Shown here one piece after another: positions 1 to 11,009 of a DNA stretch of 64,000 bases. The stretch comes from an uncultured Leptospirales bacterium. GTDB lineage: Bacteria > Spirochaetota > UBA4802 > UBA5368. Under the pieces are notes generated by a model. That model was not told the origin of the DNA, ran no database searches, and saw nothing but the letters and a program-made list of their open reading frames with translations. The position numbers were made by a program, and so were the translations under genes. The stretch spans positions 1,280 to 65,279 of the forward strand of contig CAZUXY010000019.1 of assembly GCA_964624235.1 (NCBI GenBank), read 5' to 3'. The stretch's first letter is position 1; every line of letters begins with the position of its first letter.

Positions 1-698
1 TCATTTGCCGCGTGTACACGAAGGAATTCGGGAAACGCGGTTTTCTGATCAAAGGTCTTAAAAAAAGTAAAACCCGGTCACAGGCGGCGGCGGAACCCGG
101 TGCGGTCATATCCCTGGTGTACTATTACCGTGAACAGCGTGAACACCAGGTACTGCAGGAATTCAAACCCTACAGGCACTATGCGTCATTCAGGGAAAAC
201 CTGGATAAATTCTACACCCTCTGTTTTATGCTTGAGGTGGTCGACAAAACCACAGGCTTCAACGATCCCAATCCCGGCCTGTATGCCCTGCTGGCCGCCG
301 GTATCGAAACCCTTTCCGCCACCGCCCACCCCGTAAACCTCTGTCTGTTCTTTACGCTGCACCTGCTGCGGATCAACGGCATACTGCCCGATCTTACCCG
401 CTGCAGGGTCTGCGGCGGGCGGGACTACCGCGAGTTCGCGGTCGATACCCGGGAATTCCTTCCCGTCTGCGCGGGTTGTCTGCGGCCGGGGGATCGCAGG
501 GGGCGGCTGCTTACCGCGCAAAGCCGCGTTTTCGTGGAACAATCCCTGGCAAAAAAGTTCACGACCATGGACCACGGTTCCTTTCCCGCCGAATCCACGG
601 CCGACATGTTGTTTTACGTGACTCTTTTCATTGAAAACTATTTTCATATCAGGATCAGGTCGAAGGGCATGCTGTTCAGCGAAGGTTTTCCCATATAG
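1..698 (+). CDS. recO: DNA repair protein RecO, N-terminally truncated by the window edge
   Basis: The frame is open to position 1. The C-terminal zinc-finger pattern CRVCGG...CAGC and the overall RecO-like sequence are present. The reported ORF start at 12 is a GTG, and the OB-fold N-terminus is missing. Confidence 0.7.
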   Translation, partial: ICRVYTKEFGKRGFLIKGLKKSKTRSQAAAEPGAVISLVYYYREQREHQVLQEFKPYRHYASFRENLDKFYTLCFMLEVVDKTTGFNDPNPGLYALLAAGIETLSATAHPVNLCLFFTLHLLRINGILPDLTRCRVCGGRDYREFAVDTREFLPVCAGCLRPGDRRGRLLTAQSRVFVEQSLAKKFTTMDHGSFPAESTADMLFYVTLFIENYFHIRIRSKGMLFSEGFPI

Positions 699-848
699 TG
701 AGGTTCGCTTTTTCATCACCGTTCCCCTCCTGCCGTCAAAACCGAATATATAATCGCGCGGTTCAGGGATTTTAAAAATGACTTGATTTTACCACGACCC
801 TCTTTGGACAATACTCCGGTATATCAGTTTTTTTATCGAGGAGCGGTA

Positions 849-2144
849 ATGATAGATCGTTATTCAAGGGAAGAAACAGCCGGCATCTGGACACTGGAAA
901 ACAAGTTCAGGATCTGGCTCGACATAGAAATCGCCGCCTGTGAGGCTCACGCGAAGCTGGGGAACATACCGGAGAAGGACCTGGCTGAAATTAAAAATAA
1001 GGCCCGGTTCGACGTCGACCGCGTACTTGAAATTGAAGAACAGGTGCATCACGACGTCATCGCGTTCCTGACGGCAGTCAACGAAAATGTGGGCCCGGCC
1101 GGAAGGTACATCCATTACGGTCTCACCTCGAGCGATATCGTGGATACCGCGCTCTCGCTGCAGCTCAAACAGTCCGGAGAAATTCTGTTGAAGGGCATTG
1201 ACCGGCTGCTCGACGCGACGAAAACCCTCGCCCTCAGGTATAAAACGACCCCCTGTATGGGCAGGTCGCACGGCGTACACGCCGAACCCACCACCTTCGG
1301 GATGAAGATGGCGCTCTACCACATGGAATTCATAAGGAACAGGGAACGCATGGTGCGCGCCATAGAGAACGTCTCTTACGGAAAGCTTTCCGGCGCCGTG
1401 GGCACCTTCAGCAACATTTCCCCCGGAGTGGAAGAGTACGTCTGTACCAGGTTCGGACTCAGGCCCGAGCCCGTCGCCACGCAGGTGATACAGCGTGACC
1501 GCCACGCGGAATATATGTCGGCCCTGGCAATCTGCGCCGCCACCCTGGACAAGCTCGCCACTGAATTGCGCCATCTGCAGAGAACCGAGGTAAGGGAGAC
1601 CGAGGAGCCCTTTCAAAAGGGCCAGAAGGGGTCGTCGGCCATGCCCCACAAAAGAAACCCCATACTCAACGAGCGGATATCAGGGCTATCGAGGGTGATA
1701 AAAGCGAACATGAACGTGGCGCTGGAGAATATAACACTGTGGCACGAAAGGGACATTTCCCATTCCTCCGCCGAACGGGTAATACTCCCCGACTCTGTCA
1801 TAGCGCTGGACTACATTATCCATCGCATGGCCTTTATACTGGAAAACCTTCAGGTGTATCCCGACGCGATGATGGAAAACATTGAACGGACCGGCGGCCT
1901 CTTCTACTCACAGACGCTGCTCCTCGCCCTGGTGGAAAAAGGGCTCTCCAGGGAAGAGGCCTATGCCGTGGTACAGTCGATCGCCATGAGGGTCTGGAAC
2001 CGGGAAGGATCCCTGAAAGAACTGGCGCTGAAAGAAACCGCCGTCACATCAAAGATGGGTGTGCACGAGATCAACGCGGTCTTTACCCTTGAGCCTTTTT
2101 TGAAGAACGTGGAGTATATATTCAAAAGGTCGGGGCTGCAGTAA
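849..2144 (+). CDS. purB: adenylosuccinate lyase
   Basis: Strong fumarate-lyase/PurB signature (GSSAMPHKRNP, MIDRYSREE N-terminus), about 431 aa. An internal ATG at 849 is chosen over the longer ORF start at 783. Confidence 0.9.
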   Translation: MIDRYSREETAGIWTLENKFRIWLDIEIAACEAHAKLGNIPEKDLAEIKNKARFDVDRVLEIEEQVHHDVIAFLTAVNENVGPAGRYIHYGLTSSDIVDTALSLQLKQSGEILLKGIDRLLDATKTLALRYKTTPCMGRSHGVHAEPTTFGMKMALYHMEFIRNRERMVRAIENVSYGKLSGAVGTFSNISPGVEEYVCTRFGLRPEPVATQVIQRDRHAEYMSALAICAATLDKLATELRHLQRTEVRETEEPFQKGQKGSSAMPHKRNPILNERISGLSRVIKANMNVALENITLWHERDISHSSAERVILPDSVIALDYIIHRMAFILENLQVYPDAMMENIERTGGLFYSQTLLLALVEKGLSREEAYAVVQSIAMRVWNREGSLKELALKETAVTSKMGVHEINAVFTLEPFLKNVEYIFKRSGLQ

Positions 2145-2170
2145 CGCTTCCGCGAGATTACAGGGGGTAC

Positions 2171-3352
2171 ATGATGGACTTTCCGCTCAAAGGAATCAAG
2201 ATCCTCGATTTTACGTATCTGCTTCCCGGTCCCTACGGCACCATGATGCTTGCGGATCTGGGGGCCGACATCATCAAAGTGGAAAACCACACCAACCCGG
2301 ACTTAATGCGGCTCGCGTCGTGTACGGTAGATGACATCTCCACAGCCCACGCGCACATCAACCGCGGAAAAAAATCCCTGGCCATCGACCTCAAGAAGAA
2401 GGGTGCGTCCGGGATCATCTACCGTCTTCTGGACGAATATGACATCCTGGTGGAACAGTTCAGGCCCGGCGTTATGGACAAGCTGGGACTGGGGTACGAG
2501 ACGCTGAAACAGGTCAATCCAGCCCTCATCTACTGTTCGCTCACGGGCTACGGACAGTCCGGCCCCTACAGCCAGAGGGCGGGTCACGATATAAACTATA
2601 TTTCACTCACGGGGATCGAATCTTACTCGGGCAGGAAAAGCACGGGACCGGCGCTCAGCGGCATCCAGATCGCCGATATCTGCGCGGGGGGCAAAAACCT
2701 GGTGATTGCCGTGCTCGCGGCCTGTCTCAGGCGCCGGCGGACCGGAGAGGGGGATTACGCGGACATTTCCATCACCGACAGCACCTTCGCGCTGTCAGCC
2801 TTTCAGGCGGCCGGTTTTCTGACGGACGGGAAGGAGCCCGAACGTGAAGCGGACCTCTTGAACGGCGGCACCATCTATGACTTCTACCGCACCTCCGACA
2901 GCCGTCACGTGTCCGTTGGACCGCTTGAGCCCAAGTTCGCCGCTGAATTCTACCGTGCCATGGGTCTGGAAGAAATGGCGAGCCCGCTCTTTCTCTCCGA
3001 GAAGGAACAGCGGAACGTAAAGCAGAAGGTCGCTGAAAAATTCGCCTCAAAGCCCCTGGAACACTGGCGCGCCGTTTTCGGGCCCCTGGACGCCTGCGTG
3101 GAGCCGGTATACACCATTGCAGAGGCGGTCAGTAACCCTCCGCTCGCCGCGCGTAACATGGTCGTTGAAGTGAAAAACGAGAAGGGAACGCCGCTGAAAC
3201 AGGTGGCGAACCCCATGAAATTCGCCTCGGGCGACTATATCGCGCCGTTCGCGGGGGTAAGCCTGGGACACCATAACGCGGAAATCCTCCGCGCGGCGGG
3301 GTACAGCGATCACGAAATTGAAGGGTTTAAAAAGGACGGGATAATAAACTGA
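2171..3352 (+). CDS. family III CoA-transferase (CaiB/BaiF / alpha-methylacyl-CoA racemase-like)
   Basis: N-terminal GIKILDFT..LPGPYGTMMLADLGADIIKVE motif typical of CaiB/BaiF; 393 aa; AGGGGG ribosome-binding site upstream. Confidence 0.75.
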   Translation: MMDFPLKGIKILDFTYLLPGPYGTMMLADLGADIIKVENHTNPDLMRLASCTVDDISTAHAHINRGKKSLAIDLKKKGASGIIYRLLDEYDILVEQFRPGVMDKLGLGYETLKQVNPALIYCSLTGYGQSGPYSQRAGHDINYISLTGIESYSGRKSTGPALSGIQIADICAGGKNLVIAVLAACLRRRRTGEGDYADISITDSTFALSAFQAAGFLTDGKEPEREADLLNGGTIYDFYRTSDSRHVSVGPLEPKFAAEFYRAMGLEEMASPLFLSEKEQRNVKQKVAEKFASKPLEHWRAVFGPLDACVEPVYTIAEAVSNPPLAARNMVVEVKNEKGTPLKQVANPMKFASGDYIAPFAGVSLGHHNAEILRAAGYSDHEIEGFKKDGIIN

Positions 3353-4677
3353 TGCCGGGCGCTTTCTTCATAGAAACCTTCGGTTGCCAGATGAATAAGG
3401 GCGACTCCGACCTGATGGCGCTTTCCCTCATAAAAAATGGATTTCTAACGGCGGACTGCGCCGAAAAGGCCGATGTGCTCATTTTCAATACCTGTTCGGT
3501 ACGTCACCACGCGGAAAACCGTGCACTTTCGAGAATCCGTTCCGCACGCAGGGATTTTCATCCCGCCGCGGGCAGGCTCCTCGTGGCGGCAGGCTGTATG
3601 GCCCAGCGTACAGGGCACGAACTGATAAAAAAGGACCTGGCGGACCTGGTGGTGGGGCCTTACCGGACCCCCGCCGTGGGAGACATAGTACAGGGATACA
3701 TGGCGGGCAACCCGTGCAGATCGTTTCTTTCCCTGGAAAGAAACGATCTTATCCGTCGCATCGGGCCCGAATGGGTAACGGGGCGCGATCCCGCGCCGTG
3801 GCACACCTGGGTTACCATCACCCATGGGTGCGGCAACTTCTGTTCGTACTGCATCGTCCCCTACGTACGGGGCCCGCTGGTCTCGTTCCATTCCGGGGAC
3901 ATCCTGAATTACATCGCGCGCTGCGCCGAGCGGGGCACGAGGGAGATCACCCTCCTGGGACAGAACGTAAACCAGTACGGCATGGACAGCGGCGATATGC
4001 CGTTTTCCCGGCTGCTGGCGCATGCCGCGGCCGTGCCCGGCATCGTGAAGATGAATTTCCTGACCTCCCACCCCATGGATTTCTCCGCGGAAATCATAGA
4101 AGTGATCAGGGACCACGAGAATATTTCCCGGTCCATTCACCTTCCCCTGCAAAGCGGTTCCGACGAAATACTCGCCAGGATGAACAGAAAATACGGTATC
4201 CGTGATTACCTGAAGCTGGTCGACCGGGTCAGGGAACGCCTGGAACACCATTCCCTGTCCACCGACCTGATAGTGGGATTCCCGGGAGAAACCGGGCGCG
4301 ACTACGAACTGACACTGGAAGCGGTCCGCGCCATTCGTTTCGACGAAGCCTTCATGTACGCGTATTCACCCAGATCGGGGACGGCCGCCGCCGAACTTCC
4401 CGAGACCATCTCACGAATTGAAAAAATGGACCGCTTGCGGCGATTGATAGAAATACAGAGATCCATATCCCGCGAAAAGCTTATCTCCCGCATCAACTGT
4501 ACCGAAGAAATCATCGTGGAGGGGCTCAGCAGGAAATCGGACCGTGAAGTAATGGGCCGCAGCTTCCTCAACCATCCCGTGATCATTCCGGGCGAACAGA
4601 AGGAAATAGGTGAAAAAATCAGGGTCACGATCCGCGGCATCAGGGGCTCGACACTGTACGGGGAGCGCATTGCGTAA
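3352..4677 (+). CDS. miaB: tRNA-i6A37 methylthiotransferase, MiaB family radical SAM
   Basis: TFGCQMN N-terminal motif, radical-SAM CxxxCxxC (CGNFCSYC), LLGQNVN motif and a C-terminal TRAM-like region; 441 aa; its start overlaps the upstream stop by one base (TGATG). Confidence 0.8.
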   Translation: MPGAFFIETFGCQMNKGDSDLMALSLIKNGFLTADCAEKADVLIFNTCSVRHHAENRALSRIRSARRDFHPAAGRLLVAAGCMAQRTGHELIKKDLADLVVGPYRTPAVGDIVQGYMAGNPCRSFLSLERNDLIRRIGPEWVTGRDPAPWHTWVTITHGCGNFCSYCIVPYVRGPLVSFHSGDILNYIARCAERGTREITLLGQNVNQYGMDSGDMPFSRLLAHAAAVPGIVKMNFLTSHPMDFSAEIIEVIRDHENISRSIHLPLQSGSDEILARMNRKYGIRDYLKLVDRVRERLEHHSLSTDLIVGFPGETGRDYELTLEAVRAIRFDEAFMYAYSPRSGTAAAELPETISRIEKMDRLRRLIEIQRSISREKLISRINCTEEIIVEGLSRKSDREVMGRSFLNHPVIIPGEQKEIGEKIRVTIRGIRGSTLYGERIA

Positions 4678-5809
4678 GGTAATTCTTTCCACGTTCGTGT
4701 TCGCGGCATGTATCCTTCCATTCACCCGCCCGGCGCCGGCTTCTGAATCTTCCGGATACACACGGATCATTAAACTTTTCAAGACCGGAAAAAAGGCCGA
4801 ACTGCGGGAGGAAGCACGCGGTTTCTTCAGAAAGCATCCGGAGAGCAAAAATATTCCCGACATACGGCTGATGCTCGCCGAAATCGAGGAGAACCCCGAA
4901 AAAGCCGGGGCGCTCTATCGCGTGCTGCTTGAAAAATACCGATACTACCCGCGCCGCGATTACGCTCATTTACGTATCTGTGAGATTCTTTACCTGAGGT
5001 CCCGGTGGGAGGAGGTGGTGACGGAATCCCGCGAGGCCGAGAAACTCTTTCCCAAAAGCGCACACCTTACCGAACTGCGCCTCCTGAGGGCCGCTTCGCT
5101 CATGCACCTCAACCGCTACGAGGAGGCGCGCGACACATGCCTGGAAACCGTCAGAACCGACCATAACTATCATAATCTCGCGGCGGCGAACCTGATGCTT
5201 GCCCACATAGAAAACCTTATCACGGGTAATTCGCGAACCTACCTCGGCAGGCTGAACGAACTGATCATGGGTTTTGAAAAATCCGAGAGCGCGCCCACTG
5301 CCCTCTATCTGCTGGGCAAATACTACGAGCAGAAAGGGGAATACAACAGGGCCTATTCCGCGTTTGCGGACGTAATGAAGAAATATCCGCGTTCTCCCGA
5401 AGCATCATTCAGCGGCCGCAGGATCGAGAGCCTGAAACAGCATAATCCCACACGGACGACCTACCTGCCCGACAGGGAATATATTAATCGGCTTGACAGC
5501 ATCGATATAAAGCCCGAAATCAAAATCGGCGAAGGCACTCCCGAAAACAACGGCGCCGTCTACTCGGTTTCCCTGGGACCGTTTGAAAACCGCCGCCATG
5601 CCCTTGCCGTCGGAAAACTGATCGAGAAGGACTTTTCACCGCTCGAGCTTATACAGGTGGCCGGCGCCTACCGTCTCTTCGTGGGCAGGGCGGCCGACCA
5701 GGAAAGAGCCCTTACCATTAAAGTACGCCTGGCCGAGGAATTCGGTATCAACGGGTCCATCGTGCGCGTAACCGGGGACAGAGAGAAAATATTCATATAC
5801 GGAGAATGA
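4670..5809 (+). CDS. secreted TPR-repeat protein with C-terminal SPOR (peptidoglycan-binding) domain
   Basis: A signal-peptide-like RKVILSTFVFAACILP follows a TTG at 4670, just before the miaB stop; the ORF finder used an ATG at 4610 that overlaps miaB by 68 nt. TPR-like helical repeats, and a C-terminal about 75-aa SPOR-like domain (VYSVSLGPFENRRHA...YRLFVGRAADQERA). Confidence 0.55.
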   Translation: MRKVILSTFVFAACILPFTRPAPASESSGYTRIIKLFKTGKKAELREEARGFFRKHPESKNIPDIRLMLAEIEENPEKAGALYRVLLEKYRYYPRRDYAHLRICEILYLRSRWEEVVTESREAEKLFPKSAHLTELRLLRAASLMHLNRYEEARDTCLETVRTDHNYHNLAAANLMLAHIENLITGNSRTYLGRLNELIMGFEKSESAPTALYLLGKYYEQKGEYNRAYSAFADVMKKYPRSPEASFSGRRIESLKQHNPTRTTYLPDREYINRLDSIDIKPEIKIGEGTPENNGAVYSVSLGPFENRRHALAVGKLIEKDFSPLELIQVAGAYRLFVGRAADQERALTIKVRLAEEFGINGSIVRVTGDREKIFIYGE

Positions 5810-5813
5810 CCCC

Positions 5814-8393
5814 TTGGACGCAAAGCTCACCCCCATGATGCGCCAGTACCTGGAAATAAAAAAGAAGCATCCCGGGGATATCCTGTTTTTCCGCCTGGGG
5901 GACTTCTACGAGATGTTTTTTGATGACGCGCGTACCGCTTCGAAGATCCTCGATATAGTGCTCACCTCACGGCAGAACGACATCCCCATGTGCGGAATCC
6001 CCTACCACGCGGCGGACAGCTATATCGCACGGCTCATCAAAGCGGGTTGCCGGGTCGCCATCTGCGAACAGCTCGAGTCGGTACCGGCATCCGGTACCGT
6101 GGTAAAGAGGGAGGTGACCAGGGTCATTACACCCGGTACGCTGGTGGAGGCGAACCTGCTTCAGAGCGACGAGAACAATTTCCTCGGAGCGGTCATCGCC
6201 GGCGGTGATGAAACGGGTATGGCCTTTATCGACATATCGACGGGGGACTTCTACCTTCAGACCATGGCCAAATCCTTCGACCTCTTTCGAGGAGAGATCA
6301 CCAGGTTCTCTCCCAGGGAGGTGATCCTCCACGTGTCAGATGACGGCGACAGTGAAAAATACACAGGCTACCTGAAAAACCGGGGTATCCCTATCAACAC
6401 CATCAACGAATGGCTCTATGACGCGGATTACCTGGAAAAAACCATCTGCGAAACCTTCGGGCTGAACGGTATAAAGGGCCTCGGCATCACTGGAAAGGCG
6501 GAGATCATGGCGGCGGGCGCCATCCTCGAATACCTCAGGGACACGCGCAAGGTTTCCCCGCGGCATCTGAAACTGCCGCGCCGCATTGTATCATCAAGGT
6601 ACATGATGCTCGACGATTCCACCATCGCAAACCTCGAACTGGTAAAGAACCAGCAGGACGGGGGAAAGCAGCGCACCCTTTATTCTGTACTGAACCACTG
6701 CCTCACCCCCATGGGAAAGCGGGCGCTCGAGAGAAACATACTCCATCCGCTCCACGAGATGGATGAGATCACGGCACGTCTCGATACGGTGCAGTACCTG
6801 GCAGAGAACCGGGAGTTGACCGGCAACATACAGGAGCTATTGAAGCGCATATACGATCTTGAAAGGATACTGACCCGCTGCATCATGGGCAGGTACAATC
6901 CCAGAGACCTGCTTGCCGTGGGCGGCTCCCTGGCGGCGGCCGCGGAAATCCGTGATCTTATCGGGACCTGTCACGGCAATCCCTGCGGAAAGCTGGCGGA
7001 TAAATTTCCCGATCTCGGCGGACTGGCCGATACCATCGCGGCCGTCATAGACGAGAATCCCGCGCTTTCACCCGAACACGGGCACGTAGTAAAAAGGGGA
7101 AAGAACCCCGAACTTGATAGCCTTTACGATCTTAAAAAAGACACCCGCTCCTGGATCATGAATTATCAGGAAGAGGAGAAAAGCCGCCTGGGAATACCGA
7201 CCTTAAAGGTTAAATACAACCGGATCCTGGGTTACTACATCGAGGTCAGCAAGGGACAGACGGCCAGGGTCCCGCATGACTACTACCGCAAACAGACACT
7301 GGTGGGATCGGAACGTTACACCACAGAAAAGCTGCAGGAGTTCGAATCCGAGATCCTCGGCGCCTCCGAGAAGATCATCGAAATTGAAACGGCCGAGGTG
7401 GAGGCGCTGCTGTCACGGATTCTGGAACTGCGGGCCGATATACAGGCAACGGCGGTCGCCGTAGGTGAAATCGATTATTTCTGTTCCCTTGCCTGTGCCG
7501 CCGGCGAAAACCGTTTTGTCCGGCCCGCCTTCAACGGCGAGGGTACCACCCGGATAAAAGACGGCCGGCACCCCGTGGTGGAAAAGTATTATACCTCTGA
7601 GGTGTTCATTCCCAACGATATAACCCTGGATAGCGACGAGCGGCTTATTACCATCATTACGGGCCCCAATATGTCGGGCAAATCCACTTACCTGCGCATG
7701 GCAGCCCTTATCCAGCTGATGTCCCAGATCGGCTCTTTCGTCCCCGCCGACTCCGCGGACCTTGCCCTGGTGGACCGTATCTACACCCGCATCGGCGCCT
7801 CGGACAACATCTCACGCGGGGAGTCGACCTTCCTGGTGGAAATGAACGAGACCGCGGTAATACTTAACAACGCGACCGAGAAAAGTCTTATCATCATGGA
7901 TGAGGTAGGAAGGGGAACCAGCACCTTTGACGGCATATCCATCGCCTGGGCGGTGGTGGAATACATTCTGCGTTACCTGAAGGCCCGCACCCTGTTCGCG
8001 ACCCACTACCACGAGCTGACCTCCCTGGCCGACAAAAAGGGGATAGTGAACTGCAATGTCCAGGTCAGGGAACACCTCAGGGGAGTGGACTTTCTTCATA
8101 AAGTGGTTCCGGGATCCGCCGACCGTTCTTACGGGATTCACGTGGCGCGTCTCGCCGGAATTCCCCGCGAGATCACTTCCCGTGCGGAAACAATACTGGA
8201 TCGCATGGAGCGCACCAGCCGGTCGTCCGCTTCGCGCAGAAACGGGGACGAGGAAAAATCCCAGGAACAGCTGGAGATGTTCAACGCCGCCAACCACCTG
8301 GTCATCCAGGCGATCAGTACCATCGACGTGGACGGCATAACCCCTCTCGAGGCGATCAACGAACTGAACCGCCTGAAGAAGCTGATTGAGTAA
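5814..8393 (+). CDS. mutS: DNA mismatch repair protein MutS
   Basis: Canonical MutS N-terminus (MMRQYLEIKKKHPGDILFFRLGDFYEMFFDDA), Walker A GPNMSGKST and full length of 859 aa. Confidence 0.95.
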   Translation: MDAKLTPMMRQYLEIKKKHPGDILFFRLGDFYEMFFDDARTASKILDIVLTSRQNDIPMCGIPYHAADSYIARLIKAGCRVAICEQLESVPASGTVVKREVTRVITPGTLVEANLLQSDENNFLGAVIAGGDETGMAFIDISTGDFYLQTMAKSFDLFRGEITRFSPREVILHVSDDGDSEKYTGYLKNRGIPINTINEWLYDADYLEKTICETFGLNGIKGLGITGKAEIMAAGAILEYLRDTRKVSPRHLKLPRRIVSSRYMMLDDSTIANLELVKNQQDGGKQRTLYSVLNHCLTPMGKRALERNILHPLHEMDEITARLDTVQYLAENRELTGNIQELLKRIYDLERILTRCIMGRYNPRDLLAVGGSLAAAAEIRDLIGTCHGNPCGKLADKFPDLGGLADTIAAVIDENPALSPEHGHVVKRGKNPELDSLYDLKKDTRSWIMNYQEEEKSRLGIPTLKVKYNRILGYYIEVSKGQTARVPHDYYRKQTLVGSERYTTEKLQEFESEILGASEKIIEIETAEVEALLSRILELRADIQATAVAVGEIDYFCSLACAAGENRFVRPAFNGEGTTRIKDGRHPVVEKYYTSEVFIPNDITLDSDERLITIITGPNMSGKSTYLRMAALIQLMSQIGSFVPADSADLALVDRIYTRIGASDNISRGESTFLVEMNETAVILNNATEKSLIIMDEVGRGTSTFDGISIAWAVVEYILRYLKARTLFATHYHELTSLADKKGIVNCNVQVREHLRGVDFLHKVVPGSADRSYGIHVARLAGIPREITSRAETILDRMERTSRSSASRRNGDEEKSQEQLEMFNAANHLVIQAISTIDVDGITPLEAINELNRLKKLIE

Positions 8394-8446
8394 TCGAGTT
8401 AATGAACGGCACCGCGGGTAAAAGCGCGCGGCGCCGTATATAAACC

Positions 8447-9193
8447 TTATTCTTTCGGTAAAAACGGCTTCAAAAGGTCTATAGGGATAGGGAACAGCGT
8501 GGTCGAATTATGTTCTGTGGCCACTTCGCGCAATGTCTGCAGATAACGCAGCTGCAGGGCAATGGGATGTTCCTCCATTAGGGTCGCGGCCTCGATCAGT
8601 TTCGCCGCCGCCTGGGACTCCCCCTCCGCGGCAATGATTTTTGCGCGTCGCTCCCTCTCGGCCTCGGCCTGTTTGGCCATCGCCCGCTGCATCTCCTGGG
8701 GCAGGTCGACATGCTTTACCTCAACGGCTGAAACTTTTATTCCCCAGGGGTCGGTATGCAGATCCAGAACGTTTTGCAGTTCCGCGTTGATCCGCTCCCG
8801 GTCGCTCAGCAGGTCGTCCAGCTCAACCATCCCTAAAATGCTTCTGAGGGTCGTCTGGGCCAGCTGTGAAGTGGCATAGAGAAAATCCTCCACCTCGGTA
8901 ATTGCCTTATTGGGTTCTATCACCCGGAAATAGACGACGGCATTCACTTTGACCGAAACGTTGTCTTTGGTGATGATGTCCTGGGGCGGAACATCCATGG
9001 CGATAAGCCTAAGACCCACCCTCACCCATTTATCAATTATGGGAAACACTATGATGATACCAGGTCCTTTTGCCGACGACAACAGCCTGCCGAGGCGGAA
9101 TACCACCGCCCTTTCATATTCCTTGACGATTTTGATTGATGCTATGAGAAAAAGCACCGCCAGAATGATTATGGTTGGAAATACCTCAAACAT
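8447..9193 (-). CDS. SPFH/band-7 (stomatin-like) membrane protein
   Basis: N-terminal transmembrane segment followed by an SPFH domain (VVFRLGRLL...GPGIIIVFP). ATG at 9193 with an AGGAGG ribosome-binding site 6 nt upstream. Immediately downstream of nfeD on the same strand. Confidence 0.8.
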   Translation of the reverse strand: MFEVFPTIIILAVLFLIASIKIVKEYERAVVFRLGRLLSSAKGPGIIIVFPIIDKWVRVGLRLIAMDVPPQDIITKDNVSVKVNAVVYFRVIEPNKAITEVEDFLYATSQLAQTTLRSILGMVELDDLLSDRERINAELQNVLDLHTDPWGIKVSAVEVKHVDLPQEMQRAMAKQAEAERERRAKIIAAEGESQAAAKLIEAATLMEEHPIALQLRYLQTLREVATEHNSTTLFPIPIDLLKPFLPKE

Positions 9194-9236
9194 CTCATGC
9201 CTCCTGTAGTATATTTGCCTATCGTTCTTTTGATTA

Positions 9237-10571
9237 CTATTTATCCTCTTCTTCGTCCACCTGCCTTGCGACCCGCAACAACATACCATTGATCCCGGTA
9301 ACAACGATCTTTTCGTCTTTTAAAATCTCATCCCCCGACACGGCGTTCCAAATCTCACCGTGTACGAACACTTTACCCGTTCCCGCGATGTCCCTGATGG
9401 CGACACCCGTTTCCCCGATGATTCCCTGCATCCCCGTAGTCACCTTGCCCTTGTGCACCCTGATCACCGCTCTTACGACGATGAAGAAGAATCCCAACAG
9501 GGCTATGACCACCGCAATGATCGATTTTATGGGGACCCGCCCTCCGGGTAGCGGGGAATCAAAAAGTATCATGGAACCGAAAATGAAAGAAACGATTCCC
9601 CCCAGGGTAAGCAGTCCGTAGCTGGTAATCTTCAGCTCCAGTATAAAAAGCACTATGGCGAGTACGATAAGCGCGAGTCCCGCGAAATTTACCGGCAGAA
9701 TTCTGATAGCCATCAGAAAGATGAACAGGGCCACGGCCCCGATGACGCCCGGAACTATCAGGCCGGGGCTTTTTACTTCCATACCTATTCCCACCACGGC
9801 GATGATAAACAGCAGAAATACCACCTGCGGATCGGCGAAGAAATTAAGCATGCGCTGTTTCCAGTCCATTTCAAAGCTGACGGCATGTATGCCCCTGGTG
9901 CTGAGTGTCACGATCCTGTCATCCATCCGCACCTTTCTCCCGTTGAGCTTGAAAAGGAGATCGTTGACGTCATCGGCGATTATATCTATGATCCCAAACC
10001 TCAGGGCCTCCAGGTAGGTGCTGGAAATCGCGTCCCTGACGGCGCGCACCGTCCAATCGACGTTCCGGTTGCGCTTCTGCGCCAGGCTTTTCCCGTAGGC
10101 GATGGTATCGTTGAGCACCTTTTTCGCCATCACGCTGTCCTGACCCTTTTCTTTCGCGTTCTTCTCGCTGAAATTAATAAAGGGACTTACGGGATGCATG
10201 GCGCCTATTTCAGTGCCGGGGGCCATTACCGCGATATGTGCAGACAGCATAATGTACCCGCCTGCCGAGGCCGCCTGGGCTCCTTTGGGCGCGGTAAACA
10301 CCACCACCGGTATTTCCGACGAGAGGATGGCCTTGATGATTTCACGCATGGAGTTCATGAGACCGCCGGGGGTGTCCATCTGGATAATGATGAACTGCAG
10401 TTTCTGTTTATTGGCCTCGTCGATGGATTTGATGATATGTTCGGCCACAATGGGGTTGACCGAGCCTTCAAGCTTCACCAGCCCGTACCTTGAGGCCGAA
10501 TCGGCATACCCATGCAGCGCCCCTGCCAGAAACGCCGCCGACAACAACCCTGTAATGAGTCTTATCTTCAT
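9237..10571 (-). CDS. NfeD-family membrane-bound ClpP-class serine protease (long form)
   Basis: Signal peptide, ClpP-like protease domain ([11 protein letters not shown]..., AASAGGYIM), a multi-transmembrane middle region and a C-terminal OB-fold; classic NfeD-stomatin operon partner. Confidence 0.8.
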   Translation of the reverse strand: MKIRLITGLLSAAFLAGALHGYADSASRYGLVKLEGSVNPIVAEHIIKSIDEANKQKLQFIIIQMDTPGGLMNSMREIIKAILSSEIPVVVFTAPKGAQAASAGGYIMLSAHIAVMAPGTEIGAMHPVSPFINFSEKNAKEKGQDSVMAKKVLNDTIAYGKSLAQKRNRNVDWTVRAVRDAISSTYLEALRFGIIDIIADDVNDLLFKLNGRKVRMDDRIVTLSTRGIHAVSFEMDWKQRMLNFFADPQVVFLLFIIAVVGIGMEVKSPGLIVPGVIGAVALFIFLMAIRILPVNFAGLALIVLAIVLFILELKITSYGLLTLGGIVSFIFGSMILFDSPLPGGRVPIKSIIAVVIALLGFFFIVVRAVIRVHKGKVTTGMQGIIGETGVAIRDIAGTGKVFVHGEIWNAVSGDEILKDEKIVVTGINGMLLRVARQVDEEEDK

Positions 10572-11009
10572 TTACATACACCCGGATTTTCTGAATACTG
10601 GATCATGTTTTAGTATATTCAATTATTATTGGTAAGTCAATAGCAACCGCTGTCAAGTTGAATTATATTCGAGATTCACCACCCGATAATCGTTCCAGTC
10701 CGCTGCCGGCCGTCCATCTCACTGCGGTTTCGAGGTCCGTTCAACGCGTATCCCTGCCGTGATGAGGATATTTACCGGCTTCACAACAGGCAGTATTCCC
10801 ATAAAAATCCGCGACAGGTCTTTTTCATGTATCTGTTTGTGAAAAAATACGATAATATGAAAAAGGCTTCCCATGGCCGGGTTAATAACGCATACTGTTA
10901 TGGTTGAGATTTTTTTTATTCTATGCGCGGTCTCGGCCCTCCGTGAAGCGGCGCATACGGCGCATGTCGCAAACGGCACGAAATCACCAGGCAGGTATGT
11001 GAGCACATC

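Noticed and set aside
864-1649. 261-aa ORF antisense to purB. Similar long antisense ORFs: 3445-4251 (miaB), 9885-10493 (nfeD), 14619-16169 (NHL gene), 36518-38182 (EF-G), 38666-39622 (response regulator), 45522-46556, 46691-47431, 51895-53022, 52929-53855, 54652-55542.
   Set aside because: Each lies entirely inside a well-supported gene on the opposite strand. Their translations are low-complexity (Arg/Gly/Pro-rich), as expected of shadow frames in GC-rich coding DNA, and none has a recognisable domain.
4610-4669. ATG at 4610 as the start of the TPR-SPOR gene.
   Set aside because: It would overlap miaB by 68 nt and place 20 non-hydrophobic residues ahead of an otherwise canonical signal peptide. 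A TTG at 4670 fits better, but this remains uncertain.
10719-11006. 95-aa ORF in the nfeD / HEAT-gene divergent intergenic region.
   Set aside because: No ribosome-binding site, no recognisable motif, and it sits in the promoter region for two divergent genes; most likely non-coding.
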